IMG/VR virus record: IMGVR_UViG_3300032053_000007
Source of the DNA: a virus
Lineage: Duplodnaviria; Heunggongvirae; Uroviricota; Caudoviricetes
Reading direction: 5' to 3' (one strand)
Length of the DNA stretch: 64,000 nucleotides
In this document: in pieces, positions 27,190 through 36,593 of the stretch
How the letters are laid out: each line of letters starts with the position of its first letter
Position numbering within the stretch: position 1 is the first letter of the stretch
Program-made: the position numbers and the translations under genes
Notes under the pieces: generated by a model
What the model saw: only the letters and a program-made list of their open reading frames with translations
Databases searched by the model: none
Told to the model about the DNA's origin: nothing

Positions 27190-27567
27190 TCAAATTTCTC
27201 CCTTGTTGTATCGCTTTATCCAATTACAATTAGCGCATAACAGTTGATAGTCCTTAGAACCAGCTTTTATTTGTTCCAAAACATGTTCATAATATCTTCT
27301 GTAATCTGCTTGAAATATTTTCCGTTCTTTTTGACCATTGCCATTCACATGGTCTATTTGTAATGCTCGAATATCTAACTTATCTCTAGGTATTGGGCAT
27401 TTAAGATTAGAACATTTATTACCAAGTAATTCGAAAATTTCTTCACGTAATATTTTTATTATTTTTCTCTTCTTTTCTGCAAATTTCTCATCATATTCTG
27501 GATGGTTTAATCTATATCTTTCGTGATTGGTCAAACCATCATTTATTCTTCTTCTCATCATATTCAT
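27190..27567 (-). CDS. HNH-like endonuclease
   Basis: LGNKC..LQIDHVNGNG..YQLLCANCN. Confidence 0.8.
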   Translation of the reverse strand: MNMMRRRINDGLTNHERYRLNHPEYDEKFAEKKRKIIKILREEIFELLGNKCSNLKCPIPRDKLDIRALQIDHVNGNGQKERKIFQADYRRYYEHVLEQIKAGSKDYQLLCANCNWIKRYNKGEI

Positions 27568-28388
27568 CTCTGGTCGTTTGCAATTCTTCTGCCTTGTTTC
27601 TTAAATAGCTCATTCATTTCTTCTATGCCCATCTTTGTATTAACAGTATCAATATGCATCGAGGCATCTATTTGAGTTCCGCCGCCCATTCCACCTTGCA
27701 AATCATTACCCACTTGGGTTGGTCTTCCAGTTGAGGGATTATAAACAACTTCTCCCGCGTGAAGCAAAGCTGGACCTGTTCTTCCAACATATCTTGTACC
27801 ATGTTGCATTCCGAGCATTGATGTGCCCATACCACTAATTCCAGCAGTTGCGTTAGTTACTGTAGCCGCCAAACCAGCCCCACCAACTGTTAATACGTTC
27901 ATTGCTTTGCTCGCCAGTAATAATGGAACGAGCAAAATTGCTACAGCCGCCGCAATCGCAATCATAGCCGCTGGAATTGGTCCAAGATAATCTTTCAATA
28001 TGAAGAATATAGCAAATCCAGCACCTATAGCCGCTCCTAATCTGAAATAAGCACTTGAGAGAAGATTTACTATTATGGAGTGGTTATGTAACACAGAGTT
28101 TGCGAAAATTATTGCCGCTTTAAGATAACTGAGACCAGCTACAATGAACATAAGATATGAACTATAAGTTAGCATTTTACCAAATGTTCCACCCATTTGA
28201 CTACCTAGAACATTGAACAACATTCCAGCCGCATAAGCTGATTTTCCCAAATTCATACTCGAATTTATAGCTTGTCTTTGAGCGGCATCTAATCCTTTCA
28301 GATTGCTAATTACATTTGTAAATACAGCAGTTGTATAGTTTACCGCTCTTAGAGTGAGCCAAATTGTTCTTAAATTTGTTCCAGACAT
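27564..28388 (-). CDS. Short tape-measure-like protein
   Basis: LRAVNYTT N-terminus, Ala/Gly-rich hydrophobic helices, ALLHAGEVV C-terminal motif; downstream of tail chaperones. Confidence 0.6.
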   Translation of the reverse strand: MSGTNLRTIWLTLRAVNYTTAVFTNVISNLKGLDAAQRQAINSSMNLGKSAYAAGMLFNVLGSQMGGTFGKMLTYSSYLMFIVAGLSYLKAAIIFANSVLHNHSIIVNLLSSAYFRLGAAIGAGFAIFFILKDYLGPIPAAMIAIAAAVAILLVPLLLASKAMNVLTVGGAGLAATVTNATAGISGMGTSMLGMQHGTRYVGRTGPALLHAGEVVYNPSTGRPTQVGNDLQGGMGGGTQIDASMHIDTVNTKMGIEEMNELFKKQGRRIANDQR

Positions 28389-28398
28389 TTCACATCAC

Positions 28399-28866
28399 CT
28401 ATTGTTGAGTGTTCCATCCATTTTCACTCATGGCTCTATCCACACACGCATCTAGTTCATCTTGAAAAGCCGCAACAGCATCAGTAAGAAACGCCACACC
28501 CTCATGGAATCCGCCGTTTGGCAAAGCGTGACCATCATGAACGAAAAGAGCATATAAAGCTGTTGGTTCCCCCCGTGCATTGGAAGTTGCAAAGTTTCCA
28601 GCATATATTGAACTATTGTAAAATAGTCCGCCACTAATTCCACTAACTCCTATCGCACCACTTCCACCTTCATTCTCTATTTCGATAGAAGAAGCCAATG
28701 CTCCTGTTTCTTTAGGGCACATCTCAATTGCTAAATCCCTGATTTGTTCCCAAATAATATCGAGTTCCAGCGCAATCTGTCGTTCAATATTATCTCTAAT
28801 CTCTTGAAGACTCATCTCTACATCTTCTAGTGTACCATTATCCGATATATCTAAACTCATTGCCAT
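28399..28866 (-). CDS. HK97 gp10-like tail completion protein
   Basis: CPKETGALASSI..YALFVHDG..FLTDAV. Confidence 0.8.
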   Translation of the reverse strand: MAMSLDISDNGTLEDVEMSLQEIRDNIERQIALELDIIWEQIRDLAIEMCPKETGALASSIEIENEGGSGAIGVSGISGGLFYNSSIYAGNFATSNARGEPTALYALFVHDGHALPNGGFHEGVAFLTDAVAAFQDELDACVDRAMSENGWNTQQ

Positions 28867-28878
28867 TTTTACATTCCT

Positions 28879-29142
28879 CTATTTTTGTGCTCGCCTCATA
28901 GCATATTCTTCTTTATTGGCTTTGTTTTTAACGTATTCAAGTATCATTATTCTATCTGCCAATGATGGACACCTTGAATCTAGTTCGCTGTAACTGCAAT
29001 GTAAGAACTCACAGATTGACATGGTGTTGTATCCGTAATTGGTGTTTAAAAATTTCCGACCATTATTCCTAGTTTCCGATATACATCTAATAGGTATATC
29101 TGAAACATTTCTTGGAATATCAAATCGGTATTTTCTTTCCAC
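28879..29142 (-). CDS. Tail assembly chaperone GT extension (reached by -1 frameshift)
   Basis: No good start; entered from A AAT TTT slippery site at the end of the upstream ORF. Confidence 0.7.
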   Translation of the reverse strand: MERKYRFDIPRNVSDIPIRCISETRNNGRKFLNTNYGYNTMSICEFLHCSYSELDSRCPSLADRIMILEYVKNKANKEEYAMRRAQK

Positions 29143-29519
29143 CAGTTAGCGTCATGCTGTGGTTTTGCAATTAGTCTAGCCATCATTTCAAATTGGTGAT
29201 TTTTGTATTTTTCAATGAGTTCCTTCGGAACCTCTTCTGGGGTATCTTTGTATTGCATCAATTCAGCAGGAGCCATATCTTCCCAATCTTTTTGAGAAGG
29301 TCTGCTAACCCAACATAGAGGTTGACCAGTATTCGGGTCAAGTATAGGGTCCAGAAGTTCATGGAAATGCTTTAGATTTCTATCTAGGTCTTCTGAGTTT
29401 TGTGTCATCTTCTGTTTTGCGAGTTCCATTTTTTTGATGTCTTCGGCTAATTGTTCAGGGGTCCTTTTATATCTTTCACCCAATCTTCGTGCTCTTTCAT
29501 CTTCTGCCATGATTATCAC
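29046..29519 (-). CDS. Tail assembly chaperone G
   Basis: Ends GGA AAT TTT TAA; gene context; own promoter. Confidence 0.7.
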   Translation of the reverse strand: MIIMAEDERARRLGERYKRTPEQLAEDIKKMELAKQKMTQNSEDLDRNLKHFHELLDPILDPNTGQPLCWVSRPSQKDWEDMAPAELMQYKDTPEEVPKELIEKYKNHQFEMMARLIAKPQHDANWWKENTDLIFQEMFQIYLLDVYRKLGIMVGNF

Positions 29520-29626
29520 TCGATGGGTATATATACGTCAAACGAGTATTTAAGCCTTATTCTAACACAAAGTGTATAAAAACTTAACACTTTTTGCCAT
29601 AACATTTAAATACCTGTTCTTACATA

Positions 29627-29642
29627 TTAATCAGTTGATTAA
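29627..29642. promoter_or_regulatory. Operator-like palindrome over a predicted TSS
   Basis: Exact copy ~14 nt downstream of TTTAAATA. Confidence 0.7.
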
Positions 29643-29645
29643 CAG

Positions 29646-30104
29646 GTGATATATGCTTTGATTACACGAAAAATGCAAAAATTCCTTGAAAACATCGAGC
29701 TACACCCAGAATTGATGAAACAAATCAAATATTGTGTGTATATGAATCGTATCCAGAAACGGATTGAGAAAGAGATGGATTCTACGCTTTGGCTTGCTAT
29801 TCATTATCCCAAAATCCTCTTAGATGAGGAAAAAGAATATCAAGATGCGAGCGGAAAGATAGTTTGTCATCGTAGGTTGAAGAAACTACTTCTGGTTGTG
29901 AAAGCTGTAAACCCAAAAATGGAAGTTGAGTTGGTGTTGAAAAACTTGGAATTTCCAGAGAAAGAACAACCACAGGGAGATATAAAAGACCTCTATATAG
30001 CAAAGGGAAGATGTCCAAAATGTGGATTGCCAATAGACCTTTGTGCTTGCAAAGAAGAAGAAGCAGAAACAAAGAGAACGTCTGTTCAGCCTAGACCTAA
30101 CTAA
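29646..30104 (+). CDS. Hypothetical protein with C-terminal Zn knuckle
   Basis: CPKCGLPIDLCAC. Confidence 0.7.
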   Translation: MIYALITRKMQKFLENIELHPELMKQIKYCVYMNRIQKRIEKEMDSTLWLAIHYPKILLDEEKEYQDASGKIVCHRRLKKLLLVVKAVNPKMEVELVLKNLEFPEKEQPQGDIKDLYIAKGRCPKCGLPIDLCACKEEEAETKRTSVQPRPN

Positions 30105-30478
30105 CTTTCTTTTATTATTTTGATTTCTATTCCGTATCTTGACGCTCTCTCAATCATGTCTTTAGTACCTTTGCTATCTTCTATGTGATTGTGAAACGCT
30201 ACAACCAAATCTGGTTTGTATGTGTCAAGCATTTCTTGATTTCTAATTGGACCAGCCGCGAGACCATATTTTTCCCACTTGGCTGAAACACGAATAACTT
30301 GGAGTCCATGTTGTTTGGCGAGATACCCAGAAATTTTGTCTGCGCCTCTACAGTCTCCTTCTATTATTATAGTCTCCTTTGGTAGAGTTAAAATGTAGTC
30401 TTCGATAACCTTAAAGTTGTTCCAGTTTCGGTCTCCACAAATAAGAACGCGCAATTTAGATTGCTTCCTTATTTTCAT
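30101..30478 (-). CDS. DUF2493/YspA-like SLOG family protein
   Basis: ICGDRNW, EGDCRGAD, AAGPIRNQEM, GTKDMI. Confidence 0.85.
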   Translation of the reverse strand: MKIRKQSKLRVLICGDRNWNNFKVIEDYILTLPKETIIIEGDCRGADKISGYLAKQHGLQVIRVSAKWEKYGLAAGPIRNQEMLDTYKPDLVVAFHNHIEDSKGTKDMIERASRYGIEIKIIKES

Positions 30479-30743
30479 ATCGTTTTATCCAATTGCAATT
30501 TGCACAAAGAAGTTGATAGTCTTTGCTTCCATTTTTGAGTTGTCTTAAAACATACATATAGAACATTTTATGAGATGGAAATCTTTTCCTCTCTTTCTGC
30601 CCACCGCCATTAATGTGGTCGATTTGTAAGGCTCTAGGGTCAGAGAAACCACAATGAACACATTTATTACCAAGCAATTCAAATATTTGTTCTTTCAAAT
30701 GAAAATAATACCTTTGTTCTATCTCTTGTCGAGTACGTTTCAT
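30456..30743 (-). CDS. HNH-like endonuclease
   Basis: LGNKCVHCG..LQIDHINGGG..YQLLCANCN. Confidence 0.8.
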   Translation of the reverse strand: MKRTRQEIEQRYYFHLKEQIFELLGNKCVHCGFSDPRALQIDHINGGGQKERKRFPSHKMFYMYVLRQLKNGSKDYQLLCANCNWIKRYENKEAI

Positions 30744-31436
30744 TTAACTCACTTCGCTTTTTTCCTCTACCCTATACCACGGACAGCCATTACCTTCACG
30801 TTTACGCATTGAACGATATGGACACCATTTACATTCTGTTCTTTTAGGTTGAAGAAGTTCTGGCTTCTTTTGTTTTATCGAATCGAGTATTGTGCCCACT
30901 TGATAAACCATTCCATCGAGAAACATTTGGCGTTCTTCTTTACTCATTGCAATTTCCCAAACGGTCATGCTAAAATTTATGACATTAAAAACCATTAAGT
31001 AACCGAAGTCAACGTCACAAACTCCCATTGCAATTCCCAACTGCTCAAGCCATTCTTGTGGAATATCGGCTTTGCTATAGATTTTTTTTCTAGTAGTTTT
31101 AGATTCTATTGGAAATCTTTTGCCGCCTGAACCACTTTCTAATCCAAAGATTGCATCTATCGTTACGTTTACGCCGTGAACATCGTGAATTTCTTCTTGT
31201 GCATCAAAATTTTTGTGAAGCGCAATATGAGCTAAAGTTCCAATTAGAAGTATGCCTACGTTGCTACTATCATATATAGCTTGTATTTCTCCCGTCAATC
31301 TCCAATAGGCTTTAAGTGGACAAGCTATGGCATCAGACCTATGTAATCCGCTTCGGTCTTTTTGCCCTTTAGAAAAGTCTTTCATCATAATCTCGGCGAA
31401 TTTCTGGACCATTTCGGCTTTATGAGTTATTTGCAT
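30744..31436 (-). CDS. Cas4-like PD-(D/E)xK exonuclease (stand-alone)
   Basis: N-terminal Cys, GTLAH, D..ESK, QL, C-terminal CxxCxxxxxxxxxxC Fe-S-like cluster. Confidence 0.75.
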   Translation of the reverse strand: MQITHKAEMVQKFAEIMMKDFSKGQKDRSGLHRSDAIACPLKAYWRLTGEIQAIYDSSNVGILLIGTLAHIALHKNFDAQEEIHDVHGVNVTIDAIFGLESGSGGKRFPIESKTTRKKIYSKADIPQEWLEQLGIAMGVCDVDFGYLMVFNVINFSMTVWEIAMSKEERQMFLDGMVYQVGTILDSIKQKKPELLQPKRTECKWCPYRSMRKREGNGCPWYRVEEKSEVS

Positions 31437-31744
31437 TTCTTTTTCTCCTTACGGCGATATTTACACGGGTCAATGATTAGTAAATTGAATTTGTCGAGTA
31501 GAATATCGATACAATGACTATGAAAGAAAAAGTGAGTAAACTCATGAAGAAGACAATCAATCTCATTGAGTGATGGATATTTCATCTCTCGAATTAAAGT
31601 ATTGAGGAAAATAACGTTTTCTTTATTATCATAGATTCCTTTTACATGACTACCAACACATTGTTTTTTATGCCCAGCTATTTCTTCCGCTTCTTTGTCG
31701 TAAACCCACATTACTTTTGGGGGATGCATATTTGTTCTATTCAC
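31427..31744 (-). CDS. Small zincin-like (HExxH) protein
   Basis: IFLN..LLHEFTH. Confidence 0.6.
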   Translation of the reverse strand: MNRTNMHPPKVMWVYDKEAEEIAGHKKQCVGSHVKGIYDNKENVIFLNTLIREMKYPSLNEIDCLLHEFTHFFFHSHCIDILLDKFNLLIIDPCKYRRKEKKKCK

Positions 31745-32015
31745 TACATAACACCTTCTGTAACATATCGTAAACTTCTTCTGGGGTCATCTTCAAGAAT
31801 TCGTCTTTCTCTTTTTCCAGCATTATTTTGAAAAGTTCTACACGTTTTTTATACTCTGCATTTTCAGCTACAACTTCTACTTGTTTCTTCTCAATCTTTA
31901 TTCTATAGATTGTAGCTACAGCCGTTATTGCCATAATAATTGTGTTGCTAACTAGAACAATAATTGTTGCATCTACCAAAGATTTACACCAGCATCTCCC
32001 TTTTTGACATCCCAA
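31737..32015 (-). CDS. Small membrane protein
   Basis: One hydrophobic helix. Confidence 0.5.
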   Translation of the reverse strand: MGCQKGRCWCKSLVDATIIVLVSNTIIMAITAVATIYRIKIEKKQVEVVAENAEYKKRVELFKIMLEKEKDEFLKMTPEEVYDMLQKVLCSE

Positions 32016-33559
32016 TTCTCGCCATTGTCAACTTCTTCATAGTAGCTTATGGCGTAAATCATTGCGTCTGCCGAGTGGTCGTCTTGTTTACGGATTTTAC
32101 CAGTTTCATCATAGGTCAAGTTTCTGAGACTTCGAACGAGGTCGTCATTATCCTGATGACGTGGAATACATACTCTATGTCGTTCAAAGAATTTCTTCAT
32201 TGTAGCAACATATTTGTACTTTTCGTTTCCACCTTCGGGACCAGTAAACAATTCGTGTACGCCAGCTTCTACACGTTCTGCAACCCAGCCGTTAAGTGCC
32301 CACTCGCGCGGGTCTGGTCTGATAACTTCGCATTGCCATTTCTTGCAAAGTTCTACAGCTAAGTCAAGTTTTTCTTGGTCTGTTAAGCCAACTGTTTCAT
32401 GAGCTTCGAGAACAAAAACCCAATCCTTGTATTGTCCAAGTACAACATAAGCAGTTGGACTTCCTCTGCCCCAATCTATTCCGAGCACTCTATTGTGAAT
32501 ATATTCATTTAGAGCTTGTTCGGTGCTTTTTGGCAATTCATCAAATGGGGTTCCTTCCATCAAAAGAACTCTCTGGACAAATTCAAGACATATTCCATCC
32601 TTATATGGATGGCATTCGTCACATGTGGCTTTACAAATTGCAACACCAAAATCTGCTGGATTAAGCACTAGACCAGATGACATACTTATGCCACCTAGAG
32701 CTTCAACTAACCATTTGTCATTTCCCTCTTTTATACGAAGAATTTCAATATTACGGTCTAGCATCCACGGTACATTTGATACCCAATGTTTTGGATTAGT
32801 ATCTTCATAAACTTTATAGGGGTCTAGTTCTCCACTAATGTGTTTAGCGATAGCCCATTGATAGCGTTTATATCCTAGCTTCTCGGCATTATTCCAAGTT
32901 ATTAAGAAATCGCCGTGAATATACTGAGCGGTAGAGGCTTGAATTATGTGAATATCTGGGCTTGTAGAAACTTCCCACATAGCGGCTTTAATAGATTTTC
33001 CACCACCGCTTTCTTCACCAGCCGCTTGCTCGTCTATAATTAAATCATGGGTATGTGGACCTCGAACTGATGTGCCTGAGCAAGCATGAAATTTTGCATC
33101 ACCTTCCGAATAAGTGAATGTTTCTTTCTGGATATTCTTTAGTGTATAACTTTCTAAAACTGTATTGTTACGAATCCAACCTTTAATGTAAGATGCGATT
33201 ATGTCCGACTGTTCTTGAGAACCACCCATACATGAAACACTCCATTTTTCATGTGTAAAAATTCTCCACATAATATAGATAGCTAGAACAAAAGTCTTAC
33301 CTGAGCCACGACCAGCCGTGATGATTGCGAGTCTAATTCCCTTCATGCCTATGTCTTCGAGAAATTCTTTCTGCCCGTCTGAAAGAATTAAAGGTTTACC
33401 AGTATTTGGGTCGATTCTAAGAACTTGATAAGCAAACTTTATTGGACCTTCCGCCCGCCAATAGTCACGCCATTTACGATAGTCTTCTAACTCCATAATG
33501 TCTCGTTTTTTGAACTTCTGTAAAAGTTCGGTCTCTTTATCAAACATACCCTTCGGCAT
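31973..33559 (-). CDS. terL: Terminase large subunit
   Basis: AGRGSGKT Walker A, LIIDE Walker B, GIDWG and DDHSADA nuclease motifs. Confidence 0.92.
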   Translation of the reverse strand: MPKGMFDKETELLQKFKKRDIMELEDYRKWRDYWRAEGPIKFAYQVLRIDPNTGKPLILSDGQKEFLEDIGMKGIRLAIITAGRGSGKTFVLAIYIMWRIFTHEKWSVSCMGGSQEQSDIIASYIKGWIRNNTVLESYTLKNIQKETFTYSEGDAKFHACSGTSVRGPHTHDLIIDEQAAGEESGGGKSIKAAMWEVSTSPDIHIIQASTAQYIHGDFLITWNNAEKLGYKRYQWAIAKHISGELDPYKVYEDTNPKHWVSNVPWMLDRNIEILRIKEGNDKWLVEALGGISMSSGLVLNPADFGVAICKATCDECHPYKDGICLEFVQRVLLMEGTPFDELPKSTEQALNEYIHNRVLGIDWGRGSPTAYVVLGQYKDWVFVLEAHETVGLTDQEKLDLAVELCKKWQCEVIRPDPREWALNGWVAERVEAGVHELFTGPEGGNEKYKYVATMKKFFERHRVCIPRHQDNDDLVRSLRNLTYDETGKIRKQDDHSADAMIYAISYYEEVDNGENWDVKKGDAGVNLW

Positions 33560-33564
33560 TTAAA

Positions 33565-34023
33565 TTAACTCTTAGCTTGTCTCAACTTCGTAAGTTGAAG
33601 ACTCAATTCGGACTCTTCATGCATTGCAAATTTCGATAGCAATCGTTTCTGTCCGAGAGCCAGAAGTTTTACTCTGTAGATTGAGTTAGTTCTTTCTATC
33701 TCAACTTTGTCGGTGCAATTAGTAAACTCGTCATGACATTCTTTCATTAGTGTCTCAATTCCTTCATCAATCTTTTCTACAGACAAAACGCGAGTCATTC
33801 TAAGTTTATGAATTTTGTCTAGTGCTTCCTGAATCCTTTGTTCCTCAGTTGGCAATGCTTCCCTGATTAATTTTTGGAACCCTTCTTGAGAAAGATGAAT
33901 TTCGACTGTTTCTTCTGTAGGTTTACCATCTACATCTGTTATGTTCGCTATGAGAACTGTATCGCTCGTAGTTGGGTCCTTTTTATATTCTTTAATTCGT
34001 GCTTGGGTAGGCAACATCCACAC
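33565..34023 (-). CDS. Hypothetical protein (terminase small subunit candidate by position)
   Basis: Helical 152-aa ORF directly upstream of terL. Confidence 0.5.
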   Translation of the reverse strand: MWMLPTQARIKEYKKDPTTSDTVLIANITDVDGKPTEETVEIHLSQEGFQKLIREALPTEEQRIQEALDKIHKLRMTRVLSVEKIDEGIETLMKECHDEFTNCTDKVEIERTNSIYRVKLLALGQKRLLSKFAMHEESELSLQLTKLRQAKS

Positions 34024-34161
34024 TTCCTGATAACAATAAGTGTCATGACACCTATATAAGTCTTATGGTAAATGTACCACAACAGAAAATGTTAAGGCGA
34101 ACCGACAGATTTAAATACTACGTTCTACTTGTTATCAAGTCACTATAAGAAGATGATGTAA

Positions 34162-34653
34162 ATGACTAGAGGAACATATACAAATCCCTTGTCTGGAAGA
34201 AGTGTATTAGGACCTTTTAGATGCGTAAACATGGTTGTCAAAGTCATTACTCACGGCGGCACGACATACACAGTTGGTGTTGTTGAGGGTATGGACATCC
34301 AGATGGGCTATAAAGGCGGACCAGAACCAATCTATGGACAGAGAATACAAGTACATTCTGCTGGGGCTTTTGAAGTAACATTCACTTTGACTCGATGGTA
34401 TTTTGCAGACTCAGGACAAGAAGACCTGTTGCTAAATCTACTCCAATCCGAAACAGAATTTTCGTTGGAAGGATTGCTATATGACAATGCTGGTAATGCA
34501 GTATCGAATTCAACATTGAAGATAACAGGTTGCAGAATCTACAAGTACAGACCAAGAACTGGTGGAGCAGACGACATAATTGGTGAGGAAGCAAGCGGCT
34601 CTGGAACTGAATGGGACTTGACAGGGTTCGTAGATGGAAGAACCACACCTTAA
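34162..34653 (+). CDS. Tail tube protein
   Basis: Beta-rich 163 aa, VGVVEGMDIQ..EVTFTLTRW..LKITGCRI..IIGEE pattern; monocistronic. Confidence 0.7.
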   Translation: MTRGTYTNPLSGRSVLGPFRCVNMVVKVITHGGTTYTVGVVEGMDIQMGYKGGPEPIYGQRIQVHSAGAFEVTFTLTRWYFADSGQEDLLLNLLQSETEFSLEGLLYDNAGNAVSNSTLKITGCRIYKYRPRTGGADDIIGEEASGSGTEWDLTGFVDGRTTP

Positions 34654-34674
34654 AACGGTCCAAAAATCTCAATT

Positions 34675-34878
34675 TTACTCTCTTTTTAGAATTCCCGCTA
34701 ATTCTAGTATTTTCAAGTATTCATTTGCTATTCTGATGGATACAGCTTCTTCATAACAGAATAGACCAATTATGGCTTCTTCTGATTTATCTCCCTTATT
34801 AAGAAGCATAGTCTTGAGTTTATTAATGCGGGCTTGACGGTCTGATGAACCCCTACGCAACGGTGGAAAAATGCTCAT
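34675..34878 (-). CDS. Small winged-helix-like protein
   Basis: AVSIRIANEYLKILELAGIL. Confidence 0.5.
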   Translation of the reverse strand: MSIFPPLRRGSSDRQARINKLKTMLLNKGDKSEEAIIGLFCYEEAVSIRIANEYLKILELAGILKRE

Positions 34879-35396
34879 CCGTGTATAATCCTCTCTACAA
34901 TTTCTCGGCGTTCTCTTTCTAGTATTTTAAAAACGTCCTTGATTTCTTCGCCTATGTCTGGAATAAAATTGTAACTGTCTATCATATAGTCTTCTATCCA
35001 ACGGTAAGCTTGGCATTCATCCAGTTTGATTTTGACATCTTTTGCATCTCTGTTAAGATGAACATAGAAACTCAAGATTACCCGTCTTGTATCGCCCCAT
35101 ATTGTCGTAATTGAGCAAAAATAATGGAGTATTTCGCTTCCAACAAACTGCTCAACCCAGATTCCAGTTTCCTCAAAGAGTTCTCGTCTTGCACAACTTT
35201 CAACTGAGTAATAACGAAATCCTTCGCTATGTGGGATGCCGTCTGTTGTTTGCATCTTGCCGCCCGCGACAGTCCAGAGATTTGGAAACGCTTTATCTGG
35301 TGGTCTTTGTACTATAAGAGCCTTATTGTCTTTAGATATGACGATTACGGTTGCGCTTACTTTAACATTTTCTAGTTCGGTCATATTTTCACTCAC
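34875..35396 (-). CDS. NUDIX hydrolase
   Basis: WTVAGGK..ESCARRELFEETG Nudix box. Confidence 0.92.
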   Translation of the reverse strand: MSENMTELENVKVSATVIVISKDNKALIVQRPPDKAFPNLWTVAGGKMQTTDGIPHSEGFRYYSVESCARRELFEETGIWVEQFVGSEILHYFCSITTIWGDTRRVILSFYVHLNRDAKDVKIKLDECQAYRWIEDYMIDSYNFIPDIGEEIKDVFKILERERREIVERIIHG

Positions 35397-35604
35397 ATGG
35401 ATGTTCGTTAATTTCAGATAATGTTTTTCGGCATCTTCGACATCTTTTGAATCTTATTTCATAGGGTTTTCTGCTCTTTCTCCATCGTCTAAAATGCCAT
35501 TCTCCCCAATCTCCATAATCATGTTTTCCATCTGGACAGAGTTTATGTTCTTTATCTAATCTTCGAAAAATATCCCGAATGTATTGAGCACAACCGCTTG
35601 GCAT
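35389..35604 (-). CDS. Hypothetical Cys/His-rich protein
   Basis: Coupled ORF, C..H..CRRC. Confidence 0.55.
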   Translation of the reverse strand: MPSGCAQYIRDIFRRLDKEHKLCPDGKHDYGDWGEWHFRRWRKSRKPYEIRFKRCRRCRKTLSEINEHPCE

Positions 35605-36047
35605 TAGTATGTCCCACTCTCCTGTCGTTCGTAATTCACTTTGAGTTTCGCCAGATAGACCTTGAATAGTTCTTCTGGGGTTATCTTCTCCTTTATCATA
35701 TAGAGCATAAAGAAATGAAGAACATCAACAAGTTCCTCTACTCGTTGTTCACGAGATGGAACGGGCTTTTTGCTCCACCATTTGTAGCTTTTGTCTCCCT
35801 TATATGGAGTTTTGAGCATTAGTTCAAGGGATTCAACCAATAGGGCTATGCTTGAGAGAAACTTTGTGAACTTGAATCGTTCCTTGTACTTCTGTTGGAA
35901 CCCGTTTTGTAGTTCAAACACGAAGTCGAACATATCTATGTTTTCGAGTAATGGTGAATTTGGTTCACACCACGGACAAGCATAGAGGGTAGGAATCATA
36001 CGCCTACATGTTGGACATTCATGTTTTCTAGGTAGTTTTATCATCAT
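35604..36047 (-). CDS. Dimeric dUTPase-like all-alpha NTP pyrophosphatase
   Basis: VESLEL, KWWSK, EELVDVLHFF, K..VNYERQ..Y. Confidence 0.85.
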   Translation of the reverse strand: MMIKLPRKHECPTCRRMIPTLYACPWCEPNSPLLENIDMFDFVFELQNGFQQKYKERFKFTKFLSSIALLVESLELMLKTPYKGDKSYKWWSKKPVPSREQRVEELVDVLHFFMLYMIKEKITPEELFKVYLAKLKVNYERQESGTY

Positions 36048-36093
36048 TCTTCAATCACTATAACAGAATGTGTTAAAGGTATATATAAATGTT

Positions 36094-36162
36094 GCGGTGT
36101 GTGTCGGGCGCGGTGTGTGTGTGTTGCGGGGGCGCGCGGGGGGGCGGGGGGTGTGTGTGTCG
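36094..36162. repeat. G-rich/GT low-complexity tract
   Basis: (GT)n runs around G5, G7 and G6 tracts in an AT-rich genome. Confidence 0.85.
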
Positions 36163-36541
36163 CTCAAGTTGTTGTTGGATTGTTACTCTATTTGGTTCCC
36201 CCCTTGCTATAACCCCCTTCCAATAATTAACCAATTGAATAATAATCTCTCAAAAATTAGATAACTCATTTGGGTTTGTATGAGGAACGCCGAGTTTCGG
36301 CAAGTAGATAAGCTCACTCGATTTCGGGCACGGATGTCCATAATGGTTACAGGCGTTAAGTCCCTACTTTCTCATTGCTTGGTCTTTTTCCCGTTGCCAA
36401 TGAGTTATTGTATAATGTGAGTATTAAGATGTGAGTAGTCCTATATAAGCGTTATGGATGGATTATACACTTTAATATGCGCGACCCATATTTTGGCGGC
36501 GAAAACAATATGTCCAAATATGACCCTATCCGAATCGAATT

Positions 36542-36557
36542 TTAATCAGGTGATTAA
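36542..36557. promoter_or_regulatory. Operator-like palindrome variant TTAATCA-GG-TGATTAA
   Basis: Directly upstream of a BRE-TATA. Confidence 0.6.
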
Positions 36558-36593
36558 TAGAAAGACTTAAATAGTTATGTCGCCTATTATATA

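Noticed and set aside
3776-33559. Inteins in RNR, PolB or terminase
   Set aside because: Lengths are ordinary and no C..HN splice or LAGLIDADG blocks were seen
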